Shown piece after piece: positions 40,664 through 49,757 of a stretch of DNA of 64,000 bases. How positions within the stretch are numbered: the first letter of the stretch is position 1; the number at the start of each line of letters is the position of its first letter. This DNA comes from Bacteroidia bacterium (GTDB lineage: Bacteria; Bacteroidota; Bacteroidia; NS11-12g; UBA9320), in contig CBDCFW010000004.1 in assembly GCA_965216465.1 (NCBI GenBank), positions 1-64,000 of the forward strand, given 5' to 3'. The notes below the pieces were generated by a model. That model worked only from the letters and a program-made list of their open reading frames with translations. It was not told where the DNA came from and did no database searches. A program made the translations under genes and the position numbers.

Positions 40664-41503
40664 ATGGAGGAATTAAACGAAATCGAAGTAAATGACTGGA
40701 TCATTCAACTTAAAGATCTTGGAGTAGAATATTTACCAAAACTAGCCTTAGCAATATTTACCCTTGTCGTAGGATTGTGGTTGATAAAACGCGTTAATAA
40801 AGCTTTTAAAAAAATATTGGAACGTAGGTCAGCAGATCCAACCTTAATTCCATTTTTAGTCGGTTTGGTAAGCATGGGCTTAAAAGTGCTACTTGTCATA
40901 AGTGTGGCTTCGATGGTTGGAATTGCCACTACTAGCTTTGTAGCAGTGTTGGGTGCCGCTGGTTTAGCTGTTGGTCTTGCCCTTCAAGGAAGCTTAAGTA
41001 ATTTTGCTGGCGGGGTGCTAATTCTACTTTTTAAGCCGTTTAAGGTTGATGATTTGATTGAAGTAGATGGAGCCCTAGGAACTGTTCATAGCATTACCAT
41101 ATTGAATACTATCTTGCTAACTCCAGATGATAATACAGCTATTTTGCCAAATGGTGTAGTTGCAAATTCTAAGATATTAAATTACACCAAAGAGAATCAC
41201 CGACGTGTCGATTTGGAAGTGGGTATTGCTTATCATGAAGATGTTGAGAAAGCAAAAGAAGTGATACTAAACGCATTAAAATCAGTTCCTAAGGTGAGAA
41301 AGTCGCCAGAACCGTTTGTTGGGGTCCTAAATTTTGGTGATAGCTCAGTTAATTTGGCTGTAAGACCTTATTGCAATTCAGAAGAATACTGGGATGTGTA
41401 TTTCGACAGTAACGAAGCGGTTAAGAAAGCACTTGACGACGCCAATATCGAAATCCCATTCCCGCAACGTGATATTAATATTAAAAGCGGAAGTCTAGGT
41501 TAA
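40664..41503 (+). CDS. mscS: Small-conductance mechanosensitive channel
   Basis: GAAGLAVGLALQGSLSNFAGG, KPFKVDD, IEIPFPQRD. Confidence 0.9.
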   Translation: MEELNEIEVNDWIIQLKDLGVEYLPKLALAIFTLVVGLWLIKRVNKAFKKILERRSADPTLIPFLVGLVSMGLKVLLVISVASMVGIATTSFVAVLGAAGLAVGLALQGSLSNFAGGVLILLFKPFKVDDLIEVDGALGTVHSITILNTILLTPDDNTAILPNGVVANSKILNYTKENHRRVDLEVGIAYHEDVEKAKEVILNALKSVPKVRKSPEPFVGVLNFGDSSVNLAVRPYCNSEEYWDVYFDSNEAVKKALDDANIEIPFPQRDINIKSGSLG

Positions 41504-41838
41504 AGAAACTGGTTCACCAATTCAGGCGGTCTGCAAACTACAGCCTTATCTCCCTTAACTACGATAGGACGTTCAATTAGCTTTGGATAAGAAGCCATGG
41601 CATCAATGTGCTCATCTTCGCTCATGGTTTTGCCTTTGAAGTTTTCTTTCCAAATAGCTTCACTTTTTCGAATTAATTCAGAAGGCTGAATACCTAGTTT
41701 GTTAATAAGCTTAACCAGTTCTTCTCTGCTAGGAGGAGTTTCTAAGTAGTTGATTATCTCAACCTTGTCAGAAGGAATTAAAGCTAGACATTGTCTGCTC
41801 TTTGAGCATCTATTGTTATGGTAGATTTTAAGTTTCAT
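41500..41838 (-). CDS. ArsC/Spx-family arsenate reductase (glutaredoxin-type)
   Basis: IYHNNRCSKSR and PKLIERPIV...RPPE. Confidence 0.85.
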   Translation of the reverse strand: MKLKIYHNNRCSKSRQCLALIPSDKVEIINYLETPPSREELVKLINKLGIQPSELIRKSEAIWKENFKGKTMSEDEHIDAMASYPKLIERPIVVKGDKAVVCRPPELVNQFL

Positions 41839-41841
41839 GGT

Positions 41842-42849
41842 TTAATTTCCTTGAGGAGCTCCCATCACGGTGGTATATTTTAATACTAATTTTTTGTCTG
41901 GGAAGATTCGTTTGTACGCAGATTGAACAGCTAAGGTTGCCTCATGAAATCCGCATAGAATCAGTTTTAGCTTTCCTTCATAAGAATTGATGTCTCCTAC
42001 TGCAAAAATTCCAGGAACGTTTGTAGAATAATCAACTGTATTTACTTCAATAGATTCTTTGCCTAGGTCGAGACCCCATTCTTTTATAGGCCCTAGTTTC
42101 GGGCTTAATCCAAATAGAGGAATAAAGTTATCTGCCTCGATATTAACAAGTTCACCATCGTTCTTAGTTACCTCAACTTGATTCAAGCTTTCCGCTCCGT
42201 TGAGTGCTGATATCTGAGCTTCGGTGATTAATGTGATTTTAGATGCCTTGCTCAGATTCTCTACCTTTTCAACAGAGTCTAAAGCACCTCTAAAACCTTT
42301 TCTTCGGTGTACAAGCGTAACTTCACTCGCAACATCGGCTAAAAAGATGGTCCAGTCAAGTGCACTGTCACCTCCTCCGGCAATTACAACTTTTTTATCT
42401 CTAAATTTCTCAGGGTCTTTGATGATGTAGTCAACCCCATGATCTTCAAATTTTACAAGATTCTCTAAATCAGGTTTTCGTGGTTCGAAACAACCTAAAC
42501 CTCCTGCAATAATTACATTAGGGGCTTTGTGTTGAGTTCCTCTGCTTGTTGTTACGATAAACTGATCATCATCGGTGCGGTCAATTGTTTCTGCACGTTC
42601 ACCTAAAGTGAATCCAGGAGAAAATGGCTTCGCTTGCTCCATCAAATTGTCTACCAATTCACCCGCTAAAATGCTTGGAAACCCAGGAATATCATAAATA
42701 GGCTTCTTGGGGTATATCTCTGCTAGCTGCCCTCCCGGTTGAGGAAGGTAGTCGATTAAATGGCATTTAAGCTTAAGTAATCCAGCTTCAAAAACAGTGA
42801 ACAATCCGGTGGGGCCGGCTCCAATTATTATAATGTCCGTTTCAATCAC
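41842..42849 (-). CDS. NAD(P)/FAD-dependent oxidoreductase (thioredoxin-reductase-like ferredoxin-NADP reductase)
   Basis: GAGPTG, GGQL.EIYP.KPIYDIPG, GGGDSALDW, no CxxC; GTG start at 42849 after TACCTTTG. Confidence 0.85.
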   Translation of the reverse strand: MIETDIIIIGAGPTGLFTVFEAGLLKLKCHLIDYLPQPGGQLAEIYPKKPIYDIPGFPSILAGELVDNLMEQAKPFSPGFTLGERAETIDRTDDDQFIVTTSRGTQHKAPNVIIAGGLGCFEPRKPDLENLVKFEDHGVDYIIKDPEKFRDKKVVIAGGGDSALDWTIFLADVASEVTLVHRRKGFRGALDSVEKVENLSKASKITLITEAQISALNGAESLNQVEVTKNDGELVNIEADNFIPLFGLSPKLGPIKEWGLDLGKESIEVNTVDYSTNVPGIFAVGDINSYEGKLKLILCGFHEATLAVQSAYKRIFPDKKLVLKYTTVMGAPQGN

Positions 42850-42965
42850 GGGTGCAAAGGTAATTAGCAAAAGCATCCGTCGAATGATTTTAGTCATTTT
42901 AAAAAGTGATGGCAATATATGTTCTGATAATGAGTTAAATAATCAACTATTTTTGAAGCGATTCT

Positions 42966-45059
42966 ATGAATTGGAATATAGAGCTAGCATACTCGTGGGG
43001 TTTGGTTTTTATCTGTTTAATTGTGGGAGCAGTGTATGCGGGAATTCTCTATTATCGAAATGCCCAAAACCTGCACACCGATAAGAATCTGATCAAATGG
43101 ATTTTACCGGCAGCCCGGTTTATTCTCGTTTCATTGTTGGCCTTCTTTCTTTTATCGCCAGTATTTAAGTATGTAGGATACAATACAGAAAAGCCAATAA
43201 TTGCTATGATAGTCGATGATTCCAAATCAATGGCATCAAGTGATTCCGCCTCAGCTTTACAGAATTTGAAAGATGAAGTAGAATCTATTCAAAAGGGATT
43301 GCAATCAAAATTTGATGTTCAGGTCATAAAGCTTGGGCAAAATGTTGCAACCAGTTCGAAGAGCGAATTAACATTAAGCGAAACAAGAACAAATCTGTCT
43401 TCCGGTCTAAATTACATGGCCAATAACTATGTAAATGAGAATGTCGCGGCGGCAATTATGATGTCAGACGGCATATACAATCAAGGGCCTAATCCTTCAA
43501 ACGTGCTTACTAGACTAAAGCTCCCGATACATACGGTGCGATATGGTGACACAACCAAACAGGCTGATTTGTTAGTAAAAGAAGTTCAACACAATTCGAT
43601 TGCTTATTTGGGTAATCAGTTTCCGTTTAGAATAGCAATTTCAGCGTTCGGCTTGCCACAACGTGTTACAACTTTGTCTGTGTATCACAATGGAACATTG
43701 AAATTACAAGAAACCGTTTCAATTAATGAGCAAGAATTCTTTAAAGAGCTTGAGTATCTTTTGGTAGCCGACAAACTCGGCAATAATAGAGTTGATGTAA
43801 TTCTCTCTGAAGTGGAAGGGGAGTCGAACACAGTTAATAACAACTACTCTTTTTATATCGATGTGGTCGATAGTCGAAAGAAAATTGCACTTTGGGCAGA
43901 TGCACCTCATCCTGATTTAGGAGCACTAAAGTCGGTTATTGAAGGCAATGACAATTATGATCTCTCCTTTAGCTACAGAAGTTACGAAACACGTACGGAT
44001 TGGGATTTGGTGATTTTGCACAACTGGTTTCAAAATGCAGAACAGTTGAATATTTATGAAGCACTTCACAGTAAGAAAGTAGCAGTGCTCGTTATTTTAG
44101 GAAGTGATTTTAACGCTAAATATTTTAATAGCTCGAGCTCATCAATTAACTTCAGTGGATCGGGATTAAGTTACAATTCCAGCTTACCTGCATTGAACAA
44201 TGAATTTGAATACTTCGAATTGGAAACTGAGGTAGAAACTCAATTGCTAAAATGGCCGCCTTTAAATACGCCATTCGGGAAATTCACTGGGTTTAAACCT
44301 AGCGACGTGGTTCTGTATCAGCAGATTGGCAGTGTTAAAACCACAGAACCGCTAATTTTGGTAAAAGAAGAAGCGAATGGAAATCGACTCGGATTAATAA
44401 GTGGTACTGGGATGTGGCAATGGAGACTTCAAGATTATGCGCAAAATGGCTCGCATTATGCCATAGCACAATTAACTAACAAGCTGGTGCAATACTTGTC
44501 GCTCAAGCAAGATAAAAAGTTGTTGAGCGTAAAACCGGCACAACTAGAATACGAACAAGGCGAAATAGTTAACCTCTTAGGCGAGGCATATAATCAAAGT
44601 TTAGAAGCTTTGGCAGATCAGGAGATTGCGGTTCGTTTAAGAAATGAAGCCAACAAAGAATTTAAGCATATTATGACTTCCAGTGGCGAACGCTATAAAT
44701 TAAAATTGAAAGGATTAAATCCTGGCGTTTATACCTACAATGCAAGTGTCAATATTGGTGGTGAAGTGTTAAAAGACAATGGATATTTTATTGTGCTTGG
44801 ACAAGAGATTGAAATGGCTAGAACACATGCTGACCATGATCTTCTGAAGTACCTGAGTTTAGAAACAGGAGGTAAATCTTATGAGGCAGGTGCAAGTGAA
44901 CAATTGGTAAAAGACCTTACCACAAACGATGCCTATAAAAGTGCAATAGTTGAGGATTTCAGAGTGCAAGATTTGATCGAATTGAAGTGGGTTTTTTGGT
45001 TACTGGTAGCGCTTTTAAGCTTAGAATGGTTCATCCGTAAATGGGTTGGTGGTTACTAA
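42966..45059 (+). CDS. VWA-domain membrane protein
   Basis: N-terminal TM helices, MIDAS-like DDSKSM...T...SDG, C-terminal TM ending LEWFIRK. Confidence 0.7.
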   Translation: MNWNIELAYSWGLVFICLIVGAVYAGILYYRNAQNLHTDKNLIKWILPAARFILVSLLAFFLLSPVFKYVGYNTEKPIIAMIVDDSKSMASSDSASALQNLKDEVESIQKGLQSKFDVQVIKLGQNVATSSKSELTLSETRTNLSSGLNYMANNYVNENVAAAIMMSDGIYNQGPNPSNVLTRLKLPIHTVRYGDTTKQADLLVKEVQHNSIAYLGNQFPFRIAISAFGLPQRVTTLSVYHNGTLKLQETVSINEQEFFKELEYLLVADKLGNNRVDVILSEVEGESNTVNNNYSFYIDVVDSRKKIALWADAPHPDLGALKSVIEGNDNYDLSFSYRSYETRTDWDLVILHNWFQNAEQLNIYEALHSKKVAVLVILGSDFNAKYFNSSSSSINFSGSGLSYNSSLPALNNEFEYFELETEVETQLLKWPPLNTPFGKFTGFKPSDVVLYQQIGSVKTTEPLILVKEEANGNRLGLISGTGMWQWRLQDYAQNGSHYAIAQLTNKLVQYLSLKQDKKLLSVKPAQLEYEQGEIVNLLGEAYNQSLEALADQEIAVRLRNEANKEFKHIMTSSGERYKLKLKGLNPGVYTYNASVNIGGEVLKDNGYFIVLGQEIEMARTHADHDLLKYLSLETGGKSYEAGASEQLVKDLTTNDAYKSAIVEDFRVQDLIELKWVFWLLVALLSLEWFIRKWVGGY

Positions 45060-45155
45060 ACTGCGAATTGTTTTAGCATTTTTAAATAAATTGTGCAGTA
45101 ATTAGATAATATTTTATACTTTTGCAGGCCATTTAAAGAAGTATTTATATTTAGA

Positions 45156-45425
45156 ATGCGATTAACAGCGGAAAAAAAGACAGAGATTATAGCTCAATAT
45201 GGAGGAGATGCTAAAAACACTGGGCATGCAGAAGCTCAGATTGCGTTGTTTACTCATAGAATCCAGCATTTAACTGAGCACTTAAAAGTGAATAAAAAAG
45301 ATTTCTCTGCAGAGCTTAGCTTGGTTAAGCTTGTAGGTAAGAGAAGAGCTTTATTGAACTTTGTTGCTAAAAACGATATTCTTAAGTATAGAGAATTAAT
45401 CAAAAAATTAGGTATTAGAAAGTAA
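45156..45425 (+). CDS. rpsO: 30S ribosomal protein S15
   Basis: NTGHAEAQIALFT.RI.HLTEHL...KKD...LVGKRR.LL...LGIRK. Confidence 0.97.
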   Translation: MRLTAEKKTEIIAQYGGDAKNTGHAEAQIALFTHRIQHLTEHLKVNKKDFSAELSLVKLVGKRRALLNFVAKNDILKYRELIKKLGIRK

Positions 45426-45493
45426 TTCTAATCTAACTACCTAAATCTTCTTGTAAAAAAGTCCCGTTCCGTATAGGCGTAAAAACTTATATA

Positions 45494-47767
45494 ATGAACG
45501 TTTATACTCAAAATTTAGATTATGGAGACGGCAAGGCCGTTTCAATTGAAACCGGAAAACTTGCACGACAAGCACACGGAGCTGTAGTTGTTTCTCAGGG
45601 AAAAATGAAGCTTCTTGCAACAGTTGTCTCAAATAAAGAAGCTCGTGATGGTGTAGATTTTCTACCCATGTCTGTAGATTATCAAGAAAAATTTGCTGCT
45701 GGAGGTAGAATTCCGGGTGGTTTTCTTCGTAGAGAAGGAAGATTATCTAACGCAGAAATTCTAGTTTGTAGAATTGTTGACAGAACATTACGTCCGCTTT
45801 TCCCTTCAGATTATCATTCAGAAACTCAAGTGATGATTCAGTTGATATCAGCTGATGAGAGAGTTATGCCAGATGCACTAGTTGGTTTAGCTGCTTCTGC
45901 TGCAATGACTATTACAGATATTCCGTTTGAAGGCCCAGTTTCAGCACTTAGAGTTGGAAGAATCGATGGCCAATGGGTGATTAACCCATATGCAGATGAG
46001 ATGGAAAATTCAGATGTTGATTTAATGGTTGCAGGAACTGCCGCTGATATCAACATGGTTGAAGGAGAAATGAATGGTATTTCGGAGCAGGAGATGGTTG
46101 AAGCATTGAAGTTTGCTCACGGATATATTAAGAAAGACTGCGATGCGCAGCTTGCTCTTTGTGACCAAATGGGTGGAAGAAAAGCTCCTCGTGAATACAA
46201 TCATGAGACCAACGATGATGCATTAAAGCAAGCAGTAATTGATGCAACTTATCAAAAGTTTTATGATGCTGCGAAAGTTCCTTCAGCAAAAGATGAGCGA
46301 GCAGAAAAATTTAAAGCTATTGTTGATGAGTACATCGAATCGCTAGGAGAAGAGGTAGAGTCAGAAACTATGACTATGGTTAGCCGTTATCTTGCTAAAT
46401 CTAAGAAAGAAGCGGTTAGAAATATGATGCTTGATAACAAGCAACGATTAGACGGAAGAGCCCTGAACGAAGTAAGACAAATATGGACTGAAGTAGATTA
46501 TCTTCCTTCTGTTCACGGATCTGCTTTATTTACACGTGGTGAAACCCAGTCGTTAACATCGATAACTTTAGGTTCGAAACTTGATCAGCAGCTAATTGAT
46601 AGCCCAATGGAAAAAAGCTACAATAAATTTATGCTGCACTATAATTTCCCTTCATTCTCTGTAGGAGAAGCTAGGCCAAATCGTGGTCCGGGCAGAAGAG
46701 AAATTGGTCATGGTAATTTAGCTGAAAGAGGACTAAAAAGAATGCTACCTGATGATTTCCCTTATACATTAAGAATCGTTTCAGATATTCTTGAGAGTAA
46801 CGGAAGTAGCTCAATGGCAACGGTTTGTGCAGGAAGTATGGCAATGATGGATGCTGGTATTCAGGTTAAAGCTGGTGCTAGTGGAATTGCAATGGGGATG
46901 GTTGCCGATGACAAAGGACGATACGCAATTCTTTCTGATATCTTAGGTGATGAAGATCACTTAGGAGACATGGACTTTAAAGTTGTTGGTAACGAGTCTG
47001 GAATCTATGCATGTCAAATGGACATGAAAGTTGAAGGTTTGTCTTACGATGTTTTAGAAGAAGCATTAATGCAAGCGAAGGAAGGAAGAATGCACATTCT
47101 AAGAGAAATGGAAAAAACCATTTCTAAGCCTAATGCAGGACTTAAAGATCACGCTCCACAATTGGAGATGATGCAGATTCCTAAAGATAAAATTGGAGCT
47201 GTAATTGGTTCTGGAGGTAAAGTAATCCAAGAAATTCAAGCTGAGACAGGAGCTACAGTAACCATTGAAGAAGAAGGCGATATTGGAGTAGTAGAAATCT
47301 CTGGTATTGGTAGTGAGCCAATCGCTAAAGCTAAAGAATGGATTCTTGGAATCATTACCGATCCTGAAGTAGGAACTGAATACGTAGGTAAAGTGAAATC
47401 AATCGTTGATTTCGGTGCCTTTGTTGAAATCTTGCCAGGTAAAGAAGGATTACTGCACATTTCAGAAATAAGCTGGGAAAGGCTAGAGTCTATGGAAGGT
47501 GTATTTGAAGATGGCGAAGAAGTGAAAGTTAAGCTTATCGAATTTGATGAGCGTAATGGTAAGCTTCGTTTGTCGAGAAAAGTATTGTTAGAAAAACCTG
47601 AAGGATATGTTGAACGTGCACCACGTGAGCGAAGAGACAATAACAGAGGTAGAGACAATAGAGGTCGCGGAGGAAGAGATAATAGAGGGCGCGACAGAAG
47701 AAACTCTCGCGGAGATCGTAATCATGATCGCGGAGAGAAAAGAAGCAACAAACCTGCTGAAGAGTAG
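45494..47767 (+). CDS. pnp: Polyribonucleotide nucleotidyltransferase
   Basis: IETGKLARQA, RIPGGF.RREG, RREIGHG, ESNGSSSMA, EDHLGDMDFKV, KH and S1 domains. Confidence 0.97.
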   Translation: MNVYTQNLDYGDGKAVSIETGKLARQAHGAVVVSQGKMKLLATVVSNKEARDGVDFLPMSVDYQEKFAAGGRIPGGFLRREGRLSNAEILVCRIVDRTLRPLFPSDYHSETQVMIQLISADERVMPDALVGLAASAAMTITDIPFEGPVSALRVGRIDGQWVINPYADEMENSDVDLMVAGTAADINMVEGEMNGISEQEMVEALKFAHGYIKKDCDAQLALCDQMGGRKAPREYNHETNDDALKQAVIDATYQKFYDAAKVPSAKDERAEKFKAIVDEYIESLGEEVESETMTMVSRYLAKSKKEAVRNMMLDNKQRLDGRALNEVRQIWTEVDYLPSVHGSALFTRGETQSLTSITLGSKLDQQLIDSPMEKSYNKFMLHYNFPSFSVGEARPNRGPGRREIGHGNLAERGLKRMLPDDFPYTLRIVSDILESNGSSSMATVCAGSMAMMDAGIQVKAGASGIAMGMVADDKGRYAILSDILGDEDHLGDMDFKVVGNESGIYACQMDMKVEGLSYDVLEEALMQAKEGRMHILREMEKTISKPNAGLKDHAPQLEMMQIPKDKIGAVIGSGGKVIQEIQAETGATVTIEEEGDIGVVEISGIGSEPIAKAKEWILGIITDPEVGTEYVGKVKSIVDFGAFVEILPGKEGLLHISEISWERLESMEGVFEDGEEVKVKLIEFDERNGKLRLSRKVLLEKPEGYVERAPRERRDNNRGRDNRGRGGRDNRGRDRRNSRGDRNHDRGEKRSNKPAEE

Positions 47768-47792
47768 GAGCTACTTAAAATATATCTAATGC

Positions 47793-47823
47793 AAAGGGCG
47801 GAGTTTTCTCCGCCCTTTTTTTT
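47793..47823 (+). terminator. Intrinsic terminator of rpsO-pnp
   Basis: AAAGGGCGGAG-TTTT-CTCCGCCC followed by T8. Confidence 0.9.
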
Positions 47824-48017
47824 GTGCCTTTTTTTAGCTGTTTTGAAACCAGAAATCGCTTTCAATTCTTGCCTCACATTCTCCCATCGAGGGTAAAAAA
47901 CAAGCTGAATAGACGTCTATAAACGCTAAAAACAAAATTTTACGGGAATTTCTGCCACATTGTAAAGCATTGAAGAACAGATAGTTAAAACTCTTTGTGG
48001 ATTAAATCTGTAAAAAA

Positions 48018-48044
48018 GTGGGAGATAGTGGGAGAAAGTGGGAG
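48018..48044 (+). promoter_or_regulatory. MraZ-binding boxes (three GTGGGAG repeats, 10-bp period)
   Basis: GTGGGAGata-GTGGGAGaaa-GTGGGAG upstream of mraZ; matches the known GTGG/TGGG repeats bound by MraZ. Confidence 0.8.
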
Positions 48045-48083
48045 ATTAAGTTTTACTTTTACAGTAATTATTTAAAAAAGCTA

Positions 48084-48554
48084 TTGTCGAAGCCACTATA
48101 CATAGGAGAATTTGAAGCCAAATTGGATGACAAGGGGCGTGTTGTTTTGCCTGCGGGTTTGAAGCGTCAATTGCCAAAAGATGCGGTGGCTAAGTTGGTG
48201 GTGAATCGCGGTTTTGAGAAGTGTCTAACGTTGTACACTCGTAAAGATTGGGATGTTGAGCTAAATGGCTTGTCGTCGTTGAATCACTTCAATAGAAAGC
48301 ATCGTTTGTTTATTCGTCAGTTTAGCAACGGAGCTACAGAGATTCAGCTTGATAACTCATCGCGTATGCTTATCCCTAAAAAGCTTTGTGAGTATGCTGA
48401 GATTAAAAACGAAGCTGTTTTTTATGCTTATGGCAATAAAATAGAAATCTGGAGCAAGCATCTGTATGAAGATATGATGGATGTGGATGCTGATGATTTT
48501 GCAGATTTAGCTGAAGATGTAATGGGTCAAGAGAATGGAGGTGACGATGACTAA
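48084..48554 (+). CDS. mraZ: Transcriptional regulator MraZ
   Basis: GEFEAKLDDKGRVVLP and LDNSSRMLIP SpoVT/AbrB repeats; likely TTG start at 48084. Confidence 0.92.
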   Translation: MSKPLYIGEFEAKLDDKGRVVLPAGLKRQLPKDAVAKLVVNRGFEKCLTLYTRKDWDVELNGLSSLNHFNRKHRLFIRQFSNGATEIQLDNSSRMLIPKKLCEYAEIKNEAVFYAYGNKIEIWSKHLYEDMMDVDADDFADLAEDVMGQENGGDDD

Positions 48555-49452
48555 TTATCACATTCCGGTTATGCTTGAAGAGTGCATGGAGGGATTGTCG
48601 ATTGTTGGTTATGGTACTTATGTTGATGTGACCTATGGTGGCGGTGGGCATTCTCGTGAAATTCTAAAGCACTTGGGTGAAGACGGAAGTCTGTTAGCGT
48701 TCGATCAAGATCAAGATGCTGTGAAGAATAGAACGGATGATTCTCGTTTGCATTTCTGCCAAGCTAATTTCAAATACCTTCAAAATTTCTGTTCGTATTA
48801 TGGCGTAACGCAAGTTGATGGCATTTTGGCTGACTTGGGTGTGAGTTCGCATCATTTAGATGCTGAAGATCGTGGATTCTCTTTTCGGTTTAAAGATTCT
48901 GAGTTAGACATGCGAATGAATGCAGAAATGGAACTCACGGCAAAGGATGTATTGAATACTTATGAGCAGCCAGCATTGGCTAAAATATTTAGGTCTTATG
49001 GAGAACTTGATAAAGCGTCGCCTATGGCTAATGCGATATGTTCTCATCGAAAAGTAAAGCAAATTCAAACAGCAGAAGATTTAGAAGTTGCTTTAGATAA
49101 GTTTTTAAACCCAAAGACTAGAAATAAAAGATTGGCTCAAGTTTATCAAGCTATCAGGATTGAAGTGAATCAAGAAATGAAGGCACTGGAAATGATGCTT
49201 GAGCAAGCGGTTAAGTTGTTGAAGCCTGGAGGGAGGTTAGTGGTGATGTCGTATCACTCGCTAGAAGACCGAATGGTTAAAAACTTAATTCAAACTGGAA
49301 ATGTTGACGGTGAGCGTGTAACAGATCAGTTTGGAAATCTGCCGCGTGTGTTTAAAGCGATTACGAAAAAAGTGGTCGTTGCCGGAGAAGATGAAGTGGC
49401 ACGCAATCCGCGGGCCCGAAGTGCTAAACTAAGGATCGCAGAAAAGATATAA
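48547..49452 (+). CDS. rsmH: 16S rRNA (cytosine-1402-N4) methyltransferase
   Basis: HIPVML.E, DVTYGGGGHS, DLGVSS, LDMRM, SYHSLEDR, NPRARSAKLR. Confidence 0.96.
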   Translation: MTNYHIPVMLEECMEGLSIVGYGTYVDVTYGGGGHSREILKHLGEDGSLLAFDQDQDAVKNRTDDSRLHFCQANFKYLQNFCSYYGVTQVDGILADLGVSSHHLDAEDRGFSFRFKDSELDMRMNAEMELTAKDVLNTYEQPALAKIFRSYGELDKASPMANAICSHRKVKQIQTAEDLEVALDKFLNPKTRNKRLAQVYQAIRIEVNQEMKALEMMLEQAVKLLKPGGRLVVMSYHSLEDRMVKNLIQTGNVDGERVTDQFGNLPRVFKAITKKVVVAGEDEVARNPRARSAKLRIAEKI

Positions 49453-49757
49453 TGGCTAAAGACAAAAAATCTAATTCCGCTTCAGAGACTATGCTTCCGG
49501 CAGAATGGATTTACTACCTCCTCTTTTTAGCAGGACTGACCTTGCTGTATATCTACTTAACGCATAGAACTGACAACATTGTTCGTGACATTGAAAAAAC
49601 CAAGAAAGGCTTGGTTGAATTACGAGCTGAAAATATCACACTGAAGTCTGAGATTATGAAAAATCGATCTCGAGCAAATCTTGAAGAAAGGTTAGAGTCT
49701 CGAGGTGTGAATGAACCAAATAGAGCAATTAAAATCATTAAAACTGAAAATGACTAA
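49452..49757 (+). CDS. ftsL: FtsL-like cell division protein
   Basis: Single TM plus coiled coil, located between rsmH and ftsI. Confidence 0.75.
   Translation: MAKDKKSNSASETMLPAEWIYYLLFLAGLTLLYIYLTHRTDNIVRDIEKTKKGLVELRAENITLKSEIMKNRSRANLEERLESRGVNEPNRAIKIIKTEND

Noticed and set aside
45125-45155. S15 autoregulatory leader upstream of rpsO
   Set aside because: The leader after TACTTTTG is ~30 nt and AT-rich with no convincing structure
48018-48083. N-terminal extension of MraZ given in the ORF track
   Set aside because: The GTG start is the first operator box; the recognisable protein begins at TTG 48084
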